From: Octopus bimaculoides
Taxonomy: Eukaryota
Direction of reading: 5' to 3'
Assembly (NCBI RefSeq): GCF_001194135.2
Contig: NC_068993.1
Coordinates: forward strand, 28,824,672 to 28,888,671
Length of the DNA: 64,000 nucleotides
Shown: positions 49,928-62,203 of the stretch, in pieces
How the letters are laid out: every line of letters begins with the position of its first letter
Position numbering within the stretch: position 1 is the stretch's first letter
Notes under the pieces: model-generated
Told to the model about the DNA's origin: nothing
Seen by the model: only the letters and a program-made list of their open reading frames with translations
Databases searched by the model: none
Made by a program: the position numbers and the translations under genes

Positions 49928-51634
49928 TGTGATCTTTGCTACCTTGGTATCTATTAACCAATTTATTTTGTCGGAGTTAATTATTAACTAAGAGAAAATA
50001 AATACATATAATAAAATATACTTAAAACAGGCCATTACATAACCTGCTAATATAATAGTTACCACAAATGGAGTTATTTAACATCAATGCATCTCTTAAG
50101 GATATACCTATTCCACCAAGGAATACATTCCTTAAACACCTTATTAGTAAGACAAACTCTTTTATCAACCGAGTGAGATGACTAATCTTTTTCTTTGATA
50201 ACAAGAATGATCAACAAAAACACAAGGATTTAACTTCAGATTTTAAAAAACTATTCAAATCCAAAAACAACCCACCACCAAACCCGAGATTGAAGCAGTT
50301 CAAAGATCTTTGGACAATCGTGAAGAATGTTAAGTTCCACAAATCACCATTAAGAAATAGTCACCTCAGATACCTCAACAACATCACTAAGGAAATTAAT
50401 AGCATTGATGGCATACTAGTTAAGTCTGATAAAACAGGAAACATGTACAAACTATCTAAGGAACACTACAACGAATTACTCAAAAGAGAAATAGAAAAGA
50501 ACTATTGAATCACAAGTAAAACAGCACTTAGGAAAGCTAACCTGAAAGCCAAACAAATCATGGATAAATATAACTTACAAAAGAGGACTGAACCTTTGGA
50601 CCCTAAACAACCCCGATTTGTTTTAAAGGACCACAAGAAAAACTTTTGGAGTAGCCCCAAATTATGTCTTATCTGCCCATCTAAGTCGGACGTAGATATT
50701 CTTAGTAAAAACATACTAGACAAATATATACCTACTTTAGTCAAAAAATTAAAACTTAGTTTGTGGTCAAATTCATTACAGGTAGTAGATTGGTTTCGTA
50801 ACATCAATGATAAACATAACACCAAATTTATCCAGTTTGATATCTCTAACTTCTATTCTTCAATTAATCCCATTTTACTAAATAAGGCACTCTGGTTTGC
50901 TCGTAATAAGGCGGGTCTTTCTAGAGAAGAGATTGATGTTGTTTTAGCAGCTAAAAAATCTATAATTAAATTTAATAATAGACTATGGACATGCAAGGAC
51001 ACTCCCGATGGTTTTGACATGCCTATGGGAAGTTCCGACTCAGCACAGATAGCTGGTTTGGTCTGCGCATATATTCCCAACAATTAGGGGCGGTTTATAC
51101 CAGGATGACTGCTTGCTCTATCTCCATAATACCACAAACCAAAAAATACAAAAAGTTAAAAATAGATTAGTCAGGTTTTCTGTAGAATGGGTTTTGGTAT
51201 CATCTTTGAGGATGAAATCTCCATAACCAATTTCCTTGATGTCACTCTAGACCTACACACCAATACCTTTTTCCCTTACCATAAACCCTCCACTAATCCT
51301 AAGTATATTGGCCAGTTTAGCAATCATTCCAAAATGGTAACTAGAAATTTAGTTAAGAACATATCACTTAAATTGTCAAATCTATCCGCAAATGAAAATA
51401 TTTTCAACAAAGAAGCTGACTTTTATAACTCTGCCTTACTAAAAGCAGGATATAAAGAAAAGGTCAGATACCTTAATTCTACTTACGATCTTTCTGCCTA
51501 TGATAATAAGGATATTAAAATTGATAGTAACGATAAATACAATGATTGTCCTCATCATAACCCTATTGACAATAACATACAGTCAAACGCTTTTTTACAT
51601 TATAGGGGAGGTAACCGACAATTTAAACCCTTTT

Positions 51635-51667
<33 letters not shown>

Positions 51668-53773
51668 TGAAGTTTTTTAGGAATAATAACACATATACAA
51701 CACCTGAATCTGATAAAAAGTATCTGGTTAATAATTCCATTTGGAAAACAGATTAAATCAAATCTGGTTTCTCAGTTCCGAAATGCTGTTAATAAGAATT
51801 TTCCAAGACATTCTCACTACTTCCCAGTCATAAACACGCACAAGGTTAGATTTGGATTTTCAAACACTAAAAATATCTCGCAAATGATATTCGCACACAA
51901 TATGAGACTATTAAATTCGCACACGGGTACCGATAGCAACAACATTAATTCCGACAATACAAACCATCACCATTATAACAATAACAATACAGATAATAAC
52001 CTAAATAACAATAATTATAATAAGAAATATAATAATAATAATTACCGCAACAGCATCATTATTTCGGAAGTTAATAGCAACAGAATTAGTTTTTTAAGTG
52101 ATAATGCAAAATTCAAGAACACTATATATCAATGCAAAGTCACCACCCCTACTGCTGTATCTTTTTACATTGGATCTTCATCTTCGCCAATTTCCAGAAG
52201 AATATCAAACCATTATTCCTCTTTTAGGGATAGAAATAAACGCAACACAATGAGTCTTAGCAAATTAATTTGGGGACTATTATGTTATACGGAACTGTTC
52301 TTCATTTTATTCACAAAGAATAAACTTGTGAACACGTTCATCGAAAGAGCATACAGATGTAAACATTGGCAAGCTCATGTGTTTTCTTCATATAAATAAC
52401 CCTTACAAACTTATATAACAGAGACAACTTACCTATTTATCTATTAGTTATTCACATAATTCAAGCGATGCAAGTTAATTATACCTTTATATGTATAAAG
52501 GTATAATTGGCTTGTATCACTTATCTGAACACTTTCTATTATTTGAACCCAAATTAAGACACCCAGCACGTCTATAAACATGAACTTAAACATTACTTTC
52601 AGCTTAACTTAACATAAACATTACTTCCAACTATGTTCAATACGTTGTGCTCCAATAACCTTATACCTTTGATTTCATTGCTCCTTCGTAACTCCATCTC
52701 CTTCACTTGTTGCCTTCACTTTCTTCAGCAAAGATAGGAGTTATTTATCCTGTTTAGGCTATGTTAGTGGCATTATTCTGCGTCTGAGAATTTTAATTGT
52801 CTTCTTTAAATTTCTTAGACATATCTAAGATTCTGAAAGCAACCTTAGTTTGTTTGTTTACGTTTATCGTAAGATGAATTCAAAACATATAAATATTTTC
52901 TTCTCCCTGCTTTATTACGTATAAAATACTGCACCATGCAAAATTTTATTTTATCTATTGGAAAACCCTTGCATCAACAAATATAGAGGGTNNNNNNNNN
53001 NTAGTTCATACAAGCATCATTTTCCTATACATATAGCATTGCCTTAATCTTCATTTCCACATGACTATCGTGTGTATGTGCATACAAATGTATGTGTATG
53101 TATGTATGTGTGTGTGTATATATGTGTGTATATATGTATATATATATGTATGTGTACATGTGTATGTATGTATATGAACATGTGTGTGTATATATTTATA
53201 TGCATTTATGTCAACCCTACATGTATAAATACAAGATTAATTCCCCTTTGCGGTCCCATTATACATAAAACACTCTTCTCCCATTTTTAATCAGGTTTTA
53301 AATAATTTTTTTGACTTCTCATTCTAAATTCTAAATTTCTTTTCCTTCTTTTCTTCCCTCCTTGTCTAATGTACTGTTTCGTAGCGTTGCAACTTCCAAA
53401 TAAGATAGGTAGCAATCTTCTCTACCCACAGTTATCACATTTGGTTAAAATGTCTTACGGTTAAGTTGGCTCTTATATATTTCCCTGAAGAGAAAATTAC
53501 ATCTTTATCAACATCACTTATTCCTTTGGAAGGAACCATTTGTAATCTTCGAAACATATGTCGGAAATAAAAGAATTCATTTAACATATGCGTATTACTC
53601 CATTTATTAAATTTTATATTTACTCAAATGCCCAAAATAACAGGGAGTTTCTATCTCATAAACAGGAGTTACACCACAGTCATTTTGTGATCTTTGCTAC
53701 CCTGGTATCTATTAACCAATTTATTTTGTCGGAGTTAATTGTTAACTAAGAGAAAATAAATACATATAATTAT
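49928..53773 (+). mobile_element. Penelope-like retroelement (RT + GIY-YIG) with pseudo-LTR direct repeats, decayed
   Basis: LICPSKSDVDILSK, FIQFDISNFYSSI, MPMGSSDSAQIAGLV, ITNFLDVTLDL..YHKP, EN TIYQCKV...FYIGSS..RRISNHYSSFR. 85-bp repeats 49928-50012 / 53686-53770 with 2 mismatches. Confidence 0.92.
53478..53569 (+). ncRNA. Type I hammerhead ribozyme, apparently intact
   Basis: Stem I tatttcc/ggaaata (7 bp); core CTGAAGA (53485-53491); stem II gaaaattaca/tgtaatcttc (9 of 10 paired); GAAAC; loop ATAT; GTC with predicted cleavage after C53562. Confidence 0.88.
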
Positions 53774-54571
53774 NNNNNNNNNNNNNNNNNNNNNNNNNNN
53801 NNNNNNNNNNNNNNNNNNNNNNNNNNNNNNNNNNNNNNNNNNNNNNNNNNNNNNNNNNNNNNNNNNNNNNNNNNNNNNNNNNNNNNNNNNNNNNNNNNNN
53901 NNNNNNNNNNNNNNNNNNNNNNNNNNNNNNNNNNNNNNNNNNNNNNNNNNNNNNNNNNNNNNNNNNNNNNNNNNNNNNNNNNNNNNNNNNNNNNNNNNNN
54001 NNNNNNNNNNNNNNNNNNNNNNNNNNNNNNNNNNNNNNNNNNNNNNNNNNNNNNNNNNNNNNNNNNNNNNNNNNNNNNNNNNNNNNNNNNNNNNNNNNNN
54101 NNNNNNNNNNNNNNNNNNNNNNNNNNNNNNNNNNNNNNNNNNNNNNNNNNNNNNNNNNNNNNNNNNNNNNNNNNNNNNNNNNNNNNNNNNNNNNNNNNNN
54201 NNNNNNNNNNNNNNNNNNNNNNNNNNNNNNNNNNNNNNNNNNNNNNNNNNNNNNNNNNNNNNNNNNNNNNNNNNNNNNNNNNNNNNNNNNNNNNNNNNNN
54301 NNNNNNNNNNNNNNNNNNNNNNNNNNNNNNNNNNNNNNNNNNNNNNNNNNNNNNNNNNNNNNNNNNNNNNNNNNNNNNNNNNNNNNNNNNNNNNNNNNNN
54401 NNNNNNNNNNNNNNNNNNNNNNNNNNNNNNNNNNNNNNNNNNNNNNNNNNNNNNNNNNNNNNNNNNNNNNNNNNNNNNNNNNNNNNNNNNNNNNNNNNNN
54501 NNNNNNNNNNNNNNNNNNNNNNNNNNNNNNNNNNNNNNNNNNNNNNNNNNNNNNNNNNNNNNNNNNNNNNN

Positions 54572-55117
54572 CTGAGGCTTCAACCTCATCCCACCCCATT
54601 TTTTGGACCGCATAAAAGGTTTTGTAGCACATTATGAGGTCACAGGAATTCATTCAACGCAAAAAAAAAGATTTCCAATGATTCCGGGATGGGGGGTCCC
54701 CCCTTGCCCTACCCCCCTTTTTTCCGAACCAAAAGAAGGGATTTGCAGCATATTGGGAGGTCAGGGTACTTGATTCCACGCAAAAAATCCAAGTTTTTTT
54801 CTTATTTCTTAGTGAAAATTGTGCAGGTGCTAATCTAAAAATTTACCCTTTGTTTTTCTTTCTCACCATTGCCAAGACAGGTGACTTAACTCATATCTGC
54901 AAACTTAGAGATTTCACCGACGTGGAAATTTGTAAAAGTTATGGTTGAAAATCGATTTTTACCACTATCTGCAGGTGCCTCGGGGAAAATAAGTTGACAG
55001 AAACACAGCCATGATTGTGACCAATGTCCTCCTAAAATTGGAGCGACATGCGTGCTAATTTGTGGATGTGCATAAATTACATTCACGTACACACACACAC
55101 ATCCTGCCTTTTATAGA
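54572..55117 (-). mobile_element. Helitron-like element, 5' portion
   Basis: Minus-strand start A|TCTATAAAAGGCAGGATGTGTG at 55117; body duplicated at 55507-55717. Confidence 0.55.
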
Positions 55118-55506
55118 TAAATAGATAGATAAATAAGTGATTTAAAATAAGTATATTTTAATTGTTGTGTGAGAAAGTATATATAATCTGATTATAAAAT
55201 ATAGTGTCTTTCAAAAGCATCCTAAATTTGAAGACTATATCTCATGTTTGAGAAGAGAAAAAAACATTTTACATTTTTATTTTTGATGAATGCTGTCACT
55301 CTCTGTCCGTCACACACTTTCCCTTTACTGTTTTTTGTTAGACGCTTTCAAACTCTCTCTCTCTCCCTCTCACACACACACTCACACACACACACACACA
55401 CACATTCACTTCACTATGGCAAGAAGCGGACTTAACTCATNNNNNNNNNNNNNNNNNNNNNNNNNNNNNNNNNNNNNNNNNNNNNNNNNNNNNNNNNNNN
55501 NNNNNN

Positions 55507-55717
55507 TGTTAGCAAACTTCAAATTTGGTAAAAGTTATGGTTGAAAATCGATTTTTACCACTATCTGCAGGTGCCTTAGGAAAAATAAATTGACAAAACC
55601 CAGCTAGGATTGTGACGAATGTCCTAAAATTAGGGTGACATGTGTGCTAATTTGTGGATGTGCATAAATTACATTCATGTACACACACACACACACACAC
55701 ATCCTGCCTTTTATAGA
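55507..55717 (-). mobile_element. Second copy of the Helitron-like 5' end
   Basis: Near-identical to about 54897-55117, ending atcctgccttttatagat. Confidence 0.55.
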
Positions 55718-55934
55718 TTTACAGATTTCAATATTTTTGATCCTTTATTTACTTGGAATGTTTATTAAATTTTTTTGTTTTTTTGCTTTATACAGGGTGC
55801 CACATTTAAGAATTTCTACAAAATTTCTGAAGAATTATTTGCTAGAAAGTGGCAGAATAGGGTGAAACCTACTCCAGTACTATGGCTGACATCTACCAAC
55901 AATTATCTCTCCCAGATTTGTTAACAAAAAGACC

Positions 55935-57377
55935 ATGACACCTACTCCACCTCCTACTCTTTCTTCTGCTTCTTCAGCGAAAATGTCTGTGCAGGTGCAA
56001 CAGCAGAAGGTTATGAGTTCAAATTTGGCTGACTCTTCTTTATCTGACCCAAATTTGAACAGATTACAGCAAGATACTCCAAAAATCATTAGTCAAATAA
56101 TTATGGATAAAGCTGCTGATAGTAATAGGGTAAAAAATAACACCAGCATCACTTTTGACAGTGGCAGCAGTAATAACAACAGCAAGAAAAGCAGCTATCA
56201 AGAGAATTTTCAAAATATAGAAGGTTACTGGTCTGAAAGTCGCAGTACCACAGAAAAGTCCACTCAAACCAATAGGCTATCTCTGATGAGTATTCCAGGT
56301 GACTGGCTTTGGACAGAGCTGCAAAGCAACAATAACAAAACCAATTTACCTGCAAACACAGACAATCTTGTTGACCCAACACAAAATTCTAACTTGAAAA
56401 TGCTAACTACTTCAACACATACAGATAATCATATTAAAGAACCAAATTCAAATATGTGGCAGATCCCCAGCCCGGAGTTACAAGTAATGGTCAACACACA
56501 TACCAATGCTGTGGTAAAACGGAAGAATTCATTGAAGTATACCAAGAGTGAGAATAAAGATGAGAAAAAAGGGAAACAAAATAAACAGGATTTTCAAAGA
56601 AAGTTGGTGGCAAGAGCTTTGCATTCATTTGCCATGAGTAATAACAAAAGCAATAATAGGAAAAATAACATCAACAAAAATCAGAATAATTTTGATGATA
56701 ACTCTTTAATCATTAGTAACAAACCAGCAATAACAAGCCAAGAGAATTTACCTGTGATAGATTTACCTCAAAAGCAAGAATGTTCCACATTACAACTTTC
56801 AGCAGCAGAGTGTGAAAAAGATGGAGCTTCTGATAAACCTACAGAAGTTTGCAATGAAATTATTGGGAATAAGTCTGATCTCAAAAAATCTATGATAGAT
56901 AAAAAAGAAATTAACAATGCAGTTGAGTCAAAGAAGACCCCTAGTAAAAATGCAACTGTAAACAATTTTGATGATATTGCATGTTGCATAAAAATAACCC
57001 CTCCAAATGCTCACTCAAAAAACTTGTCAATTGATTCACAGCTTCCCAGGAATGCTACCTGGAGTGGCACCAAACGACTTAATATTGAAAAAACCATTTT
57101 AGATTGGATGCATAAAAGATATTGTGCTGAGCAGTATCGGAAGAAACGGTCATCATCAGCAGATACTGTTAATTATATTCATGGCCAACATTTTGTTCAG
57201 GTGCTCAACAAAACACTTAATGGAACTGGCAATGAAAGAGAAATCCCATTGTTTTCTGTCTACAAATTACCAAAATCTACTATTCACCTTGGTAATTACC
57301 AAACAGCACCACCATCATTTCGCAGAGAATTCAAACATAAGCACCATGGAATTATTACCAATGGAACTCTTGATAAA
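55935..57377 (+). CDS. Large coding exon of an unidentified host gene (N/S/K-rich, low-complexity N-terminus); exon 55796-57377, continues after a phase-0 intron
   Basis: 481 uninterrupted codons in AT-rich DNA. Acceptor ttttttgctttatacag|G at 55795/55796; donor AAA|GTAAGA at 57377/57378. No TE motifs recognised. Confidence 0.8.
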
Positions 57378-57820
57378 GTAAGACATTCATTTTAGCTATT
57401 TTGTTTGTTTTAAAATCATTTCTTGTTTTCTTTATATTTTATTCTTTAGCCCTTTTTATATCAACCTGAGAACTGGAAACATCTCTGCCTTGTTAAAACT
57501 CTTGTTTTAAAATGCATGCATTTAGATTAAAACCTTTCATCTTAATTTTATGTAAGAACTTTCTAATAGGTTAAGTCCCAAATACCAACTTAATTAACTA
57601 ATTGATGGGAATGTTTATTTTTATATTGTTATATTTCAGGATGGTCACTTTTTTTTTTTTTTNNNNNNNNNNACTTTATATTCATTCTTCACTTTAGCTT
57701 TATTATTGATCTTATTTTAGTGCCCTTTGTTTGAAATTTTTCGTCACATATCCTGTGACTTCTTCAGTTACTCTCCATCCCACATGTCAGGAGGAGACAC
57801 ATGGAATACGAAATCATGCT

Positions 57821-57930
57821 ATGAGTTTCATTACCTTACAGCTGTTTCTGCTATAAAATGATGCACAACAACTCCGCTCTAATTGCACCACATCTTATAG
57901 CAGAAACAGCTGTAAGTTAATGAAGTTCAT
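57821..57930. repeat. Intronic inverted repeat (36-bp arms, 38-nt loop)
   Basis: atgagtttcattaccttacagctgtttctgctataa / ttatagcagaaacagctgtaagttaatgaagttcat, 3 mismatches. Confidence 0.85.
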
Positions 57931-58019
57931 TGAATAATTTCCTGTTCCTTTGTCATTCACTTAATTTCATAGGTATTGCTATCTAGGTGACCAAATTAGC
58001 AGTGGAGGGTGGATATTCC

Positions 58020-58480
58020 AATAGTGTGGTAGCTAGAATAAAAATGGATTGGAGAAAGTTCAGTTCTTATCCCTCAAGATCAAAAGCAGATTTTTATGTT
58101 GCTTTTGTGTGCATGGTAGCACAATGTGGGTTTTGAGTGTGGGCCTTCAATGTGAAGAAATGCAAAGCTTTGAAAGAAATGAGGTGAGCATACTTTGCTT
58201 GATGTGCTTTGTTAGTGTGTGTGAAAGACAAAGTATAAATGATCTAAGAGTCAAACTGAGTATATAAGGAATCAAATGAAGTGTGCAAGAGAGGAGACAA
58301 TGCTGGTATAAGTATGTGATACAAATAAAGATGACTACTGCATAAGCAGGTGCTGAGCACTCAAAGTGAATGGTACGTGTGAAAGAAGGAGATCAAGGAA
58401 GCCTCAGGATGAAGTGGTGCAAAATAATGTGAAGATGTTACAACTGATGAAAATGACTGAAGGTCATATCAGCTGGTGAT
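58020..58480 (+). mobile_element. RTE LINE 3' coding fragment
   Basis: Similar to 6000-6430 (ttgaaagaaatga..., gtgtgcaagagag...tgctggtat). Confidence 0.7.
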
Positions 58481-59784
58481 ATATGGTGCTGTAGCAAACC
58501 CAGCCACTTGCACAAGCTTAGTCCATGCATCCCTCTCTGTGTTTTTTGTTCATATAAACCCACCCATCTGTTGCTCATTCTATACCCTCACATTCCACCA
58601 TCATTTATTCTCCCAACCACTATGTCTATTCTAAGCCCTTCCTTCCCATCTACTCGCCATGCCATGACACCCATAAGTGATAGGAAAGTACTTGATTTGT
58701 GGATATTGACTATATCCCTTCCCTATTCTTGCAACACCTATATCTCTCTACACATCCTTCCTCCTAAATCAGTGGGAAGGGATGGCAATCAGGCATATTT
58801 TCTGGTTTTTCATCATTCAAGAAACCAATTTGCAGTATTCTCCACAAAAGATTCTTAAAATCTTCATGTTTTTGGTCTTCAACTTCACTTTTATATTACT
58901 AAGGAAAACAACTGAAGAAGCACAATCTTTGACAAGCATCAGGGGTCAACTCTGTGTCACACACTCAGTATCAAGTTAATGAGAGAGCTTCTATATGGTC
59001 ACTTGACCAGTTAGGAATAAGCCCTAGATATAATGTACCTGAGTAAAAGATGAGATGATCTGGGGCTAAGCAATGAGGTAAACTGAAGTAATGTAGAATT
59101 ATGTGTACTGCCCTTAATTTTCTATCCAAGCATTTAGCCTGTTTCAATGCAAGGTACATTCATTTTTGCATTGACACAACTTTGATGTTGGACTAATTGA
59201 TTCATTGTTTCATCTAAAATTGGAGATTTGTCACCATTAGCAAGATTCAAGTTTCCATTTTCCTATTTTAGAAGGCAGTAATAGGAAGTGGAATTTGAAC
59301 TCAGAAGACTAAGAGGTATTTCATCTGACAGTCTAACAATTTTGCCAATCCACCACACTGGACTTTGTTGGACTTGAACTCAGACTACAGAGAACCAGAA
59401 CAAATACCGTGATGCATTCTATGCAACACTATAATATTTCTACTAATTTGCTGTTGCCTTCTAGCAAGCCAGAATACATAGAAAAATGTTGACATTGGAT
59501 TTAATCATCAGCACATAAATTTGAGAAACTGCACCATTTTCTTTTGATGGGTGTGCAGAACTGAGAACCATTCCTTTATTGCTACCAGCAGACAATTACA
59601 GACTCTGTTAGTGTGTCGAAAGTCAGTTGTTTATTGCCCATTAACACATCAACAAGGAGTCCAGTCTTCTTAGCTGTATTCATGTATATTTGTGTTATTT
59701 ACATAAGATACAGATCAAGTTTATTTAAACATCAGCATCATCTTGAAGCTTCACATTCTAGCAAACTGTTTCTTGAGTGACTTT

Positions 59785-59786
59785 GT

Positions 59787-59876
<90 letters not shown>
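59785..59876. repeat. Long (TG)n microsatellite
   Basis: Direct run. Confidence 0.95.
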
Positions 59877-59878
<2 letters not shown>

Positions 59879-60122
59879 ATGTGTTTGTTGGTGAGTGTTG
59901 TGTGTTTATGAAAGTTGAAGTTGAAGCATTTCCCAGTCAGGGTTTTATGTTACCTTCTGTGCTTGTGTGTAGTGGGTTTAATGGTGTGTCTGAGCATGCA
60001 TGCTCACAGAAGCATATACTTACAGATATACTTATTTATACAGTATATACTCACGTATTTAAAAAGATTATGGAGAAGACATAATGCATATTTTATCTAT
60101 CTACATACATGCATGCATGATT

Positions 60123-60163
<41 letters not shown>

Positions 60164-60419
60164 CATGCACACATTCACTATGAGTACATAAAGCTGCAAA
60201 GGTCAAAGTAATGATGTGTATATTTATCTTTAACATATTTCTAACACTAGAATGTATGTGCTGCAAGATTTAACCACATAGAACATGTTTCTCACCATAG
60301 ACTTTGTATGCAATAACACACCAAACTTCAAGTGATGTCTTGCAAACTATCAGATATGGTCTTTTGTGTGATTTCATTTCCATAACATAAGATACCATCT
60401 TGGCCTTGCTTGCACCTAC

Positions 60420-60451
<32 letters not shown>

Positions 60452-60809
60452 NNNNNNNNNNNNNNNNNNNNNNNNNNNNNNNNNNNNNNNNNNNNNNNNN
60501 NNNNNNNNNNNNNNNNNNNNNNNNNNNNNNNNNNNNNNNNNNNNNNNNNNNGAGTTGTTTTCAGCTTTTTGTCCCACCAGGTCATGAATAGGCTTGCCAC
60601 ATCTCCGGCCACACTGACACTCCCTGGACCTGCATGTATAGTTTTTCATTGAATTTAACTATATGGTTCTGCAGGGTGGTCTTCCGACTTGCACCTACAG
60701 CATGTGCAACCATTTTTCGTGTTTGGAGATTATCCTCTGGGTCGTGGGTGGGTGTATTCCATCCATTCCAATTCTCTGCGGTGGTTTTTCTAGCAGCTGA
60801 TATATATAT

Positions 60810-61364
60810 ATCATCATCATCATCGTTTAACGTCCACCTTCCATGCTAGCATGGGTTGGACGATTTGACTAAGGATTGGCAAATCAGATGGCTACACCAG
60901 GCTCCAATCTGATTTGGCAGAGTTTCTACAGCTGGATGCCCTTCCTAACGCCAACCACTCTGAGAGTGTAGTGGGTGCTTTTTACGTGCCACCAGCACGA
61001 ACGCCAGTCAGACAGTACCGACAACGGCCATGCTCAAAATGGTGTATTTTACATGCCACCTGCACAGGAACCAGTCCAGCGGCACTGGCAACGATTTTGC
61101 TTGAATGTTTTTCTCATGTGCCACCGGCACAAGTGCCATTGGGGTGACACTGGTAATGATCACACTCAAATGGTGCTATTTATGTGCCACTAGCATGGAA
61201 GCCAGACTGCTGCTCTGGCAATGATCATGCTCGGACGGTGCTCTTAGCGCTCCACTGGTACAGGTGCCAACACAATTTCGAATTCACTTGCCCGAACAGG
61301 GCTTCGCAAGCCGAGTTTAGTGTCCAATGAAGGAAGGTTGGCATGGATGCCAGTCATCGAATTT
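60810..61364 (-). mobile_element. RTE LINE 3' UTR with tandem subrepeats and (GAT)n tail
   Basis: Reverse complement of the 6540-7000 region, with repeated tgtgccacc.gcac..g..ccagt...ggca.tggcaa.ga units. Confidence 0.8.
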
Positions 61365-61976
61365 NNNNNNNNNNNNNNNNNNNNNNNNNNNNNNNNNNNN
61401 NNNNNNNNNNNNNNNNNNNNNNNNNNNNNNNNNNNNNNNNNNNNNNNNNNNNNNNNNNNNNNNNNNNNNNNNNNNNNNNNNNNNNNNNNNNNNNNNNNNN
61501 NNNNNNNNNNNNNNNNNNNNNNNNNNNNNNNNNNNNNNNNNNNNNNNNNNNNNNNNNNNNNNNNNNNNNNNNNNNNNNNNNNNNNNNNNNNNNNNNNNNN
61601 NNNNNNNNNNNNNNNNNNNNNNNNNNNNNNNNNNNNNNNNNNNNNNNNNNNNNNNNNNNNNNNNNNNNNNNNNNNNNNNNNNNNNNNNNNNNNNNNNNNN
61701 NNNNNNNNNNNNNNNNNNNNNNNNNNNNNNNNNNNNNNNNNNNNNNNNNNNNNNNNNNNNNNNNNNNNNNNNNNNNNNNNNNNNNNNNNNNNNNNNNNNN
61801 NNNNNNNNNNNNNNNNNNNNNNNNNNNNNNNNNNNNNNNNNNNNNNNNNNNNNNNNNNNNNNNNNNNNNNNNNNNNNNNNNNNNNNNNNNNNNNNNNNNN
61901 NNNNNNNNNNNNNNNNNNNNNNNNNNNNNNNNNNNNNNNNNNNNNNNNNNNNNNNNNNNNNNGTTGAGATGTATTG

Positions 61977-62203
61977 AAAGATACAGAAATAAACTTTTTT
62001 ATTTTCAAATGCATGATAATGCTAATAAATAGCGTGTTCAGGATAAATTATCCATACATTGCGTAATCACAGGGATGTGAGTTTGAGTCTCATGGCTGGC
62101 CGGTAACATATTTTTCTGCAATGTATGGATAACTTATCCTGACCACACTATTTATTAGCATTATCATGTGTTTGAAAATAAAAAAATTTATCTCTGTATC
62201 TTT
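61977..62203. mobile_element. MITE with 86-bp TIRs
   Basis: Arms 61977-62062 and 62118-62203 are near-complementary (aaagatacaga.ataaa...tatccatacattgc); 55-bp spacer. Confidence 0.8.
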
